A stretch of 59,218 bases of DNA, the filler included, from Sphacelaria rigidula (Eukaryota): NCBI GenBank assembly GCA_964200075.2. It is 6 parts of 6 records of this genome, joined end to end, with 100 filler letters (N's around TTAATTAATTAA, not from the genome) between each part and the next. Parts side by side here need not be neighbours in the genome. Positions count along the whole stretch, not along the records: positions 49,434 to 59,218 come from CAXNAA020007768.1; 5 more parts are not named here. One strand, written 5' to 3'. The notes below the pieces were generated by a model that worked only from the letters and a program-made list of their open reading frames with translations, had not been told where the DNA came from and made no database searches. The position numbers and the translations under genes were made by a program. Of the stretch, positions 49,522 to 59,218 are shown in pieces (the first letter of the stretch is position 1; every line of letters starts with the position of its first letter).

Positions 49522-51870
49522 TCACAATGCAGCCTTCTTCGATACCGCCATAGCCGGACTGGACCACCCCGCCTGCAAGTTCCGTAACACCAACCCGAGC
49601 GCCGAACAATCCGCCATGCACGACGCCAACCAACTCGACTTCACCGGATCGTACCGCCGCGGCTTCGTCTTCACCGCGGGCGCCCCGGGTTTTAGCTGAA
49701 TACGTATGGGCTCCACGCGCGCAGGGGGATCACCCCGAGGCACACGACGAAACGCGTTGACGCGGCAATGCAATATGCGGCGCAGGCGCTCCGCTGTTGA
49801 GACGCTGAGGCCTTTCGCCACAGCATCCGTCACGCTCTCCTCCAGCGCGACCTTCCGAGCGGACGCCGCTTCCGCTGGATCGATAAAGATCTCCGGGCCG
49901 CGCTCTTCCAAGCGTTCCACCGCCGCATCCCGCTCCTCGGTCACCTGCCCCCCAGCCTCCTGAAAAGCATTCACCGACAAGCTCACGCGACGAATGCCCA
50001 AAAAGGCGGGCGTCTCCAAGCGCGGACCAGGCGGAGACATCCACGTCTTCATGGAGTCCTACAACCGCGCATACGGGTCTACTCCAAGATCTTGAGGCGT
50101 CGGCAATCCCAGAAGAATGACATCATCTAACCCCGGCATGATCGCAAACGAGATCGGAGGTAACTGCGCCGGCCCCCAGGGAGTCGTGAAAGTCAGCTGT
50201 AGCGAAATAGTACGCTCTGTGACGTAAACATGCCGACCCGACGCGGTGACGGCCTGCCGCACCCCGAGCGAAAACGGAATGCGCAGCGGCACACCCGGGA
50301 GAAGACGCTCCAACACCTCTATAATCTGCACCGATAGACTCCCATGACTCGTGAAGTGGGCGCCAGAATCCCACACAGGCCGAACCGCAATGGCTCCACG
50401 CTCCCGTTGATTCGGAAGACACAGTTCCGCAGGAACGACTTGTCCTCAAACTCCACTGGCACTCCATTCGTCGACCGATGTGCCGCTAGTACCACTTGAC
50501 ACGACGGCTGCGCAAGCTGCGCAGGCGAAGACGCCCTGGCAGGTTCAAACGGCACCGCCTACGGGTACGACCCCCAGCCAGCAGACCAAGAACTTGGCGA
50601 ACCTCCGACCAGCGCATCAGCAGGAGTCGCGCCTAACGCTGCTGCCGGTGTCGCCACCGGCGCCACCACCGGTGCCGAAGCAGTATTCGACACTGTAGAA
50701 GTCGGTCCCACCTGCGCCGCCCGTTGTGGAGCAGCAGCATCTACAGCGGCGCCGGACCCAGAACCAGACCTATGCTGACGCCTCCACCCCTGCTGCTGCT
50801 GCCGCTGCCGCTGCTGCTGCGGAGAACTCGACTGCGACCATCCACCGCCGCAGGATCCGCCACCGCCACCACCCTGATTACCTCGTCTTTCGCTCTTCTG
50901 CTGACGATGCTGATGGCGTGCGGCATGAGACTGCCCAAACTCTCCACCGGAAGACGTTGCGCAATCGCGTGCGTGATGGCCGACCTGGCCACAACAGTGG
51001 TAAGTGCCCATCGCATGCCCAGCGTGTATTTTTATCATCGCAACCCATCGCGGCGGGATTATTGTGCTCCCATCCCGTTCCACACGCGCAAACACTCTTT
51101 GCACATGCGTCGGCACCTATTATTGAGCCATCGACATTACGTGATGTCGCACTGCACCCCCTGCGTTGACGTGCTCCACACGCTTTCTGTACTCCGCGTA
51201 CTTCGTTACAAAGTGCGAGATGCACTTTCGGAGTACCTACCCCTTATTGGGGAGGTCGCAACCCTCCCTGCATAACCACGGGCATCACGCTGGACGTACT
51301 ACGCGAGCCGATCGTCACAAGTGCAGCCGGCTACCTGCGAACCTTTCGGAGACCAGCGGACCTTCGCAAATTGCACAGTTCCTTGCTTCGTCGCTGCACC
51401 ATACAGTCGTAAGAGCCTCCAAACTCCCGCTGCACGCAGCTTCAGTAAATCTCCAGTCTGAATCATTCACAGGTCAGCCGCCTATCTGCAGCTATCATCA
51501 GCTTAAACCCCCTCCACGCGTCCGTGATGCTTCAGGTTGTCAGCTGCCAGACTCCTTCGCCGAAATCCTTCCACCAGATTCTGCTAGGTACTAGTTCTAG
51601 CACTAACACTAATTTCGATATTGTATCGCCAGCCAGAAGAAAAACTGGTGGATCACTGCTGTTGAGAGACTCCACAGCCTCGCTGACCTCAGTTTCAGTT
51701 GTCAGCCTTCACAACATCTCATTATCAGGAGTGCCCCTTCCAGGTACCAACCTTCTAGACACGCAGGGTATCATCTCCGTGTTCCGGTCATCATCCAGAA
51801 TCCTCCCACAATCCTCCAGAATCCCCGTGCCCCCAGTCATTATCCAGATCATCACTACCAACTCAAAGTA
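49522..51870 (-). mobile_element. Degenerate Gypsy gag, protease and RT 5' region
   Basis: Zinc knuckle-like HCCGQVGHHARDC; protease DSGA...VILLGLP; RT start PPARVEPIRIQLKPGA...KPRRY...WSSPA. Confidence 0.85.
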
Positions 51871-53278
51871 AAGACGTATTTTCGTCACAGACTCTATTTT
51901 TGCGACACTTTTTTTACTAAATTTCCCACTCTAAAACCCCTATTGTGTTCGGTTCTTTGGGGAAACCTTTGTCGAACAGAATTCAAACGCATCTCGCTCC
52001 AAGGGTCACCTCGACATACAGCAGTTGCTGCTGCCTACCTAGTATCATCCTACAAATCGAAGTCTTGAGTGAGAACGCCCAGCTGGTAGCTGCTTGACGC
52101 AACCACTGCGTTCTGCCACGGACCCTTCCCCACGTACCCGACAGGGGGACAACATTCGCCCCGTACAGACACTAGCAATGTTAGCGGATCCGACGCCCTG
52201 ACAGTCTGGCAGCCAGCAAGGTGATCACGGTAGTGTCCTTCTAGCGATGTCAACTCACAGTACTCTGGAGCGGAGTTTGCGAGTGAATACTTCTGCGATT
52301 GTTCACCTGCAGTTCGCCCAGATGTTGCGGAGTTTTTCAATATCTCACTGAGTAACATTACTGTACATACATTTACATGATGGAAATGTACCAGAGCCTA
52401 CATTATATGTGGAAATGTGCCAGGCCCTGGACAAACATTTCTGCAGTCAGTACGAACAAGATGCTCAAAGGGTACTGCGCACAGTGTGTTGTGTGTGTTG
52501 TCCCATCTATTCTGGACGCCGGTCCTCACCTTTGAGTATATGTCGGTGCACCAGCCAGGTTCATGCAGGGGGAAGGCCAACGCAGGATTTTTTCGTTTTG
52601 TTCGGTGTAGTTCTCCACCTTCCTGCGGTGCTTGCCTATATTTTTTATCGCGAGAGGGATGCAGCAGTCCCGTTCCCTCGTCGACGTCTAGGTCGAATGT
52701 TTTCGCACAGTATAAAATATATTGCCGACTGTAATTAGTGTAATACAGTACTCGTACTTCAAGTCGGTAACTGCAACGCCACACTTCGAGACAACAGTGT
52801 GTAAATATCTCCACGATGTGAAATGCTACAGGCGGCTTTCGCGCCATAGCGACTGTGTTACCATACAGCTTCGCCCAAGATACAGGCAGCCATTATAGCG
52901 GGGGAGGTGGCCTTTCACTCCTGCGTGCGCCACTTTCGGCAACGCACGCTGTAGCTGCAACACGGACAGCTTAAAAAAATGTGGCGTAGCTATACATAGC
53001 GCGTAGCGAGGGGTGATATCCCGCGTAACCGTTAGCCGTAGGTACAAGCGGCTGCATTCATGATGTGGCGAATTGCATAGGACAGCGCGAAATCAATGCA
53101 GGACAGGAATAGGCTAAGGATGTGACGCCCTGCGGTGTGCTTTGTCACCCTGCACCCTGCCGCTGTGCAGTGAGCAGGTAGTACCACCGAACGCGTCACG
53201 CTGCGGTTGGTACGCTGTGTCGAACACAGCAGCAAGCAGTATATTCCATGTACCATACATATATCTGTATTCTAAGAC

Positions 53279-53734
53279 CACTTTGTATGGCAACTGATCC
53301 GTATTTGTACAAACATGAGAATTTTAGCCCGTTCAAATCCGATTTTCTCCCGAGGATTGATTTTTCGGACCCCTAGTCCGTTGGGCAATGTTTTTCGCCT
53401 AGCTCTGAAGAAACCAGGTCAATTCTCGGATTCCCTGGGCGCTAACTTTTGGTCCATCACCTTTCTGCTTGGATCACGGGGCTCCCGTATCTCCCCCGAG
53501 TCTGGGGCCCAAATCGGGGGAAGTGCGGGCGTCCCCCGATCTGAGCAGAAAGGTGATGAACCAAAAGTCAGCGCCCAGAAAATCGGAGAATTGATCTGAT
53601 TTCCTCAGAGCTAGGCGAAAAATATTGCCCAACGGAATGGGGTCCGAAAAACCAATCCTCGGGAGAAAATCGGATTTAAACGGGCTGAAATCCTCATATT
53701 TGTACAAATACGGATTGGTTGCCATACAAAATAG
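53279..53734. mobile_element. Fold-back MITE (near-complete 455-bp palindrome) with TCTAAGAC(C) TSD
   Basis: Arms of about 200 bp (TTTGTATGGCAAC... and ...GTTGCCATACAAA); direct repeat TCTAAGAC at 53271-53278 and 53735-53742. Confidence 0.9.
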
Positions 53735-54586
53735 TCTAAGACCGATGCGCACACACACAGCAACTACTATCGCCATCATCCATTGATCAGGGGGGTGCCG
53801 CCCCTCATCACATAGGGTACCCGGGGTCCCCCCCCCCCTCCCCTCCTACGGCCCCAGAATGAGGTTTGCGCGACTTGGGGGAGGTGGTGCCTTAGTTTGT
53901 CGATATGGGGCCCCTCGGCCCAGCGTGCAGCTGCTTGACGCTTGACGTTGTCTCCCCTCTGCCCAAGAAACAGCAATTTGCTACTTATAGTCTATGGCAT
54001 CCCGGGGAGCAAGTCCTGTACGTGTACTTGAAAACAGGCATGGTAGTGGCTGGAACTTGTGCGGGACGACCTAGCAGGAATTTTCCGGGAAATGGCTTGC
54101 GTCTCAGCGCCGGCTTGCTGCGGGCCCTTGTAAACGTGGGGCGACGGCGATAATACGAACACAATTTATGATTCAATGCAACTTTACGCTCACGTGCAAC
54201 GACATATCACCATACCCTGGGTGCGTGCGGCAGACCTTCATTTTAGAGCCACTTCCAACAACGGCCCAGCCGAGACCACTCCGATTTCACCGCCGTCATC
54301 CAAGACCGCAACTTCACAAACACCGAAATAAATTGAAATTGGAAGCGCCCTGGGCACAGGGCAATCCATGTCAAAACACACGTACAAAACCTGGGCCGGT
54401 GAGAGGCCTGCAAAATACTGTTCCGTATTTCGATCGGCCCGGTTTCGAAATCGCCCCGCCTCACCTCAATTTTGAGAGTTGGACTTTGAAATGGTATGGG
54501 GAATAAATAAGGCGCATTAAAAATATCTATAGACCCTAAGGTTTTTTCTTTCATGAGTTAAAAGAAGTATGTATTGTATACACATA

Positions 54587-55185
54587 CGAGTTGGGCCAGC
54601 TGGCAGTGACTTTTGAATTTTTCCGGGCCCGGCTATGGGCAATTCCAGAGTTGGGCGCCGAAATTTTGACGCGACATTGATATCATCAATACCCACAACA
54701 TTTCGGCAGATGCAACGAAAACAACAAACAAACAGGGAGTTAGAGCGGTTAAAGTTTCTGCCAAAACCGGAAAAGGCTATAACTCCGTGAAAAAAGAAGT
54801 GCGTCGGCATCCGTCGGGTTGTTGTGCGTACTTGTGTGCAAGAGATCCTGGTGCAATTTCGGCCAAAAATACCTCGAATTGGGCGCAGCAGGGCACTCTT
54901 TGTGTGACACCGCTGCGCCCCTTTCATCCAAGTGATGCAAGAGACTCCGGATATGGAGGTCACGAGTTCGAATTCCGGTGGGTTCCTTCCTTGTTTTGTT
55001 CCGTCGGTAAGGTAAGACATTATGTAGTACATTTTTCGAATTTTCTTTTCATTCAGCAGCGTTGCCGTACGTTACCAGGTTGGTCTACAGCTCATACCGA
55101 TATACTCGAGTCAGGCTGATTTGGAAACCTTGGTAATAGTTACGGTGTGACATAAAAATGCGGGATTGATTGCTGACCCAGCTCG
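54587..55185. mobile_element. Tc1/mariner-type MITE with tRNA-like core
   Basis: TA|CGAGTTGGGCCAGC ... GCTGACCCAGCTCG|TA; B-box GAGTTCGAATTC near 54964-54975. Confidence 0.7.
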
Positions 55186-56488
55186 TACATACGTTTGGTT
55201 TATGCCCTATTCATTCTCCGTCACAAATTTCGAAGTACATCTCTCGAAAATTGAGCTGGGGCAGGGCCTGCAAAGTACAATTATTCCGCTTGTAGGCTGG
55301 ACCAGCTCGTGGTGTACGCTGGCATCCCCGAAACGGATTCCTGTTTATGTGCAGCGCGCGACACTTGCGGCGTGCTGGTTTGCGTGTGTAGCGTGGCACA
55401 TCCCCAAATGTAATGTGTTTAGCAAAATTCCAGTGTGAGTGACCGACTGCAGGATGTGAAGTATTCGTTTCAAAAGTGAAAGGGTTGCATACATATGAGT
55501 ACTGTATTGTGATATGTCTCTACGAATAGAGTAGCACGTCGGTGCAATGCTCTGTCTGTAGTCTGACTGTATCCGAAGTAGGACATGTATTGCACGGGTG
55601 TTCACTGCCTTCCTGCTTACCCGAAGGCGTACGCTTGGCTGCGTGTACTGTCCACTTTGGGTTTCTAGTTACACCCGAGCAAGAAAATTTTCTCCGATTT
55701 GGTAGCTTTCCCCACGTTTGATCCTCGCGCGAATAAATTCGCGTGCCATCGGTTACTCATATATATTACGACACGCTCGGTCTGCCGCTCGCACCAATCC
55801 CCCGTTCCCCGCCGCCACCGACGACACCGGCTCATGCCGCGAACCGCCCGACGTCGGCACCTCAAGTCCGCACGCAGGCCTCACGAGCAAGAACTACTAC
55901 GCGCAGCACGCGCAACTCATTTCTAGATCCCCGTCGCGCGCAACTACAACAACGCCGCCTCCTACGGCGTCATCAACACCAACCCATGCTGAGAATGGAG
56001 TGAGACCCGGACCCTCATCCCTGTGCACTTGTGAGGTGTTGGATGTGGCCGTGGCGCGCTTTCTCGCAATGCACCGTTTTGTAACGGTGCAAGGCAATTG
56101 TCACAAGATGTCTTGATGGGTTGAGCAGATGACGGACTCGAGTGGGGCGCTGCATCGCCGTGCTTTGAATTATTCATTCAGATGTCACCCGCTTGGAAAC
56201 AGCTCTATCCGAACCTTCTCTCTCTGAATCCCAGCCTTAAGTCCCAACTATAGAGCTTACAATATAGAGCCGCGGAACCGTTCTGGCTCAGCTGAATACT
56301 GGCTACAGTACTGGTTCCCGGACCGTTCCTGTTGGTGCCTCGTACTGAACTGTACTGGCTCCTACCAGGCTAGATGACTAGATGCCCGAGAATCTACGTT
56401 TGAGATCTATGTCCAATGCATAATCTGCACACTGCCCCATGGTCGTACAGCGTAACACCAGAGAGATGATACGATCACATCCAACGTG

Positions 56489-59218
56489 CTAGATGTGATA
56501 TATATATATATATATAATTCCATTAAATACCATCGAAGCCGCGTGATGGACCTGGACCCTCCGGACTCGTCCTGACTTCCATCGCCTTTTCCCCTTTGAT
56601 ATCTTTCGTCGAGAACGGCGACTTGAACATTCGTCGGCTTTATGCGAGGCTGTCCTTGAGTGGCATGCATCCCGCACATTTCGGTGGTCCCTCCATCGTC
56701 TCTGTCGCTTCCTTTGCGGCGGGCTCTTCCTTCGCTTCTTCGCCAAGGCCAGAACCACTTGCGCTCGGCACGACTTTGTACTCTCGAATCTTACTCCTTC
56801 GCTATCGCCTAGCGTTTCTGGTGGTTCGGTGATTCGGCCCTGTTCACGATCATCTCCGCTTGAGGAGGCTTGATCCTCCTGTCCAACCTGTTGCTCCTTT
56901 CTTGTCTGGGTTGCCTCCATTTTTGGGCCTTCGGAACGCTCGTCCGCGCTTCGGGTCGTTATAGGCACCGCTGGTGGCACCCGTGATCGCAGCTGTTCCC
57001 CGGCCTCTCGGCTCTGAGGTTCGTTGTCCTCACGTTGGATTCCGTCTTACATCGCCACTTTGCATCTGTTAGCATCAGGTTTTGCTAGGGCTCCTTTCGC
57101 TATCGTCGTGCACGCAGAAGGCGCCTTCTTCCTGAATTTGTACAAGGGCGGCGAGGAAATTTCCGTCATCGCAACTGCCGTCGTCAGGACTCCTAAAGCG
57201 CTGCTGTGTGTTGTGTGCCGTTGCGCCAGTCGACTCGATTTGCGCAGTCCACTATCCGGAGAAGAGCGCTTCGGTGATGTCGGGTCTTATGGTAACTGTC
57301 CAACTGGACCATCACCGCCGTCGATTGGTGCTGCTTTCTCTTCCTCCGAAGGCCCTCGCCGTCGCCCAGTTCGACAGCCTTAAGCTCCCCCACGATGTCT
57401 AGGATATTCGCCTCTGATTCAAACGTGATATGTGAAGACTTCACGAGCTTGGATTCCTGTCTTGACCATACGTATCAGCAGAAAGAGTCCCGATCGTGCC
57501 CCATCAAGCTGCCCCGCTGTGCATATGGGTAAGAATATACAGCGGCGACGCGCTGCTGCTTGTGCAGGTGCACGAATCACTCGGATCCCCATGACGAAAC
57601 CGGTCCTAGTCAGAAGGCTTTCCAGTCATCCTCTCACATGGCGTCTGGCCCCCGAGGTACTCGTGGGGCATCCATGCGGTTTGGAATGCCGCGTCCGATA
57701 CAGCGAGTAACCAGTAGTTCTATCCGCGTCCGGCTTTTACCAGTTGGCTGCGTGCTATCTCCATCAGTTGTTAAATTACACGCCCAGCAATTCCATTACT
57801 TTGCGGTGTACTTGGCGGTAAGCAGCGCCATTTGATGCCGCGATTGGCCAGCATGCGTCAAAATCTGACTGACCGTCCAAGTTCCCCAGCGCCGTCTCCG
57901 CTGATGCATTTGATGGCCACTCCCTCACGGGTCATTTCATCGATCTAGGCTACCGTGGCATCAGTGGCATGATCTGGCGTCTTGAGTCCGACAACGTACT
58001 TACCTCGACTGGCCCCGTTCACGTGCACCTGAGAGTATTTCGTGCCCGTGACATCGGCGTGGAAATGCCCTTCAAGGTCAGTGTGCACAACTCACCTGGT
58101 GCTTTGGGACACCTGCCGCCGCGGCCGTAGCTGAGCGCGTTGGACTTGCATTTATCAATGACTTGATAATAGCAATAGAAGCAGCAAAGCAAGGGGTTCA
58201 GGTAGTTCCTTGCAGAGGCTGCAGCGCATCTCGGACGCCAACGTGGTATCGAATACATCGATCAGCCCACGCTTTTCGAGGTGTTTTATGGTAGCCGGAT
58301 CGATGTGTCCTAAGGTGTCGTGCCACTGCTTCAACGTGAGGTGCTTCTTTTTGTTTGCGAACGAAGCGTGCACCGACGCCGCATGTTTATCATTCCCCTG
58401 CAGCGATGCCGACAGGGTCGGGAACCATCTATTTTAGGATAGGGGGATCTTCCGCCCATCCTTTCTAAACCGAAGGTAGCTCTGCTTCCTGCCGGAATCC
58501 ACGACTTCTCCTCCGTCACGCCGAATCGTGCCGGTACTCAGCAGCCGGCAAGGTAATCCAGGGACCCAATGTACGTCCTCCAGTGTGACTATTGCCGGAG
58601 CCTTCTTCCCCCGAACGCTCACGTATAATGGGATCTCTTCTATTGCCAGCGCCTGCAGCTGCCCCTTATTCCCAAATGTACAACTTTGATTGATCGCACG
58701 CGTGTTCCTGAGATCCTATTTCCAGGGTGCCATGTGGACATTCGCTCCCGTGTCGCAGATAATCGACACCTTTGTGTGACTGTTGGTCGACGTGCACATG
58801 GATACTACTCACTCATCCTCGACTACCACATGTATCGTCGCAAATGCCCTCGGTCTGTCCCTCCTCCGAATACTTTTGCCGTGTTCTGGAGGAGGTGAGA
58901 ACGCTGGTGCGGGACTCATTTCCGGCAGTTGTCTAGCCGGAGGCTTGCCGTTAAGGTAGGAGAGACACTCCCGCCACCTATGATTTCGCTTTAAACAAAG
59001 GGTGCGTTGATTGCTATCGAGCCCCGAGTCGGCTTTGTTGCCATCGGTTCTCGACTAGAACGCTAGTGCTTCGTCGTGGTTTTCTACGTCGGACATTAGG
59101 TATGCTGGTGATGCTACGACTTGTGACGCTAGCAGGTTTGCTAGGACTGCAGCGTCTGAATGCTGTTGAGGGACTCCCCAGCTCTTCTGGCCTCAATGTC
59201 TCAGTTGTCAGCCTTTAC
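56489..59218 (-). mobile_element. Degenerate Copia (gag end, protease, GAG-pre-integrase, integrase); RT not seen
   Basis: Protease IICDTGANVHM (about 58735-58767); LEDVHWVPGLPCRLLS; WHDTLGH...CSLCKE; decayed integrase downstream. Confidence 0.85.

Overview
Eukaryotic, intron-rich and transposon-rich DNA, most consistent with a brown alga or related stramenopile. This is inferred from long GT-AG introns, TTAGGG repeats and the look of the proteins. The window is NOT contiguous. It is six segments of 9785-9787 bp (1-9787, 9888-19674, 19775-29561, 29662-39447, 39548-49333, 49434-59218) joined by identical 100-nt artificial linkers (N44-TTAATTAATTAA-N44), so neighbourhoods across linkers are meaningless. 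Host genes visible: the last two exons of a GrpE-like co-chaperone, six exons of a P4-type ATPase (lipid flippase), three exons of an LRAT/NC-domain (NlpC/P60) protein, and a >3.3-kb exon encoding a membrane-anchored disordered tail with about 20 YPTEDGxQ repeats. Mobile DNA: two degenerate Copia and two degenerate Gypsy retroelements, several MITE families and 3'-anchored retroposon fragments. The most notable observations are (i) a TGT...ACA, 5-bp-TSD MITE family carrying telomeric (TTAGGG)n repeats, one copy inserted in frame in a Copia protease; (ii) a rearranged Copia with a near-perfect 249-bp fold-back of its RT region, a candidate hairpin-siRNA locus; (iii) a Gypsy integrase ending in chromodomain-like plus Tudor/PWWP-like modules; (iv) mariner-type MITEs carrying a tRNA-like core. 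Most six-frame ORFs are spurious. No prokaryotic-style system (CRISPR, operon, defence island) is supported.
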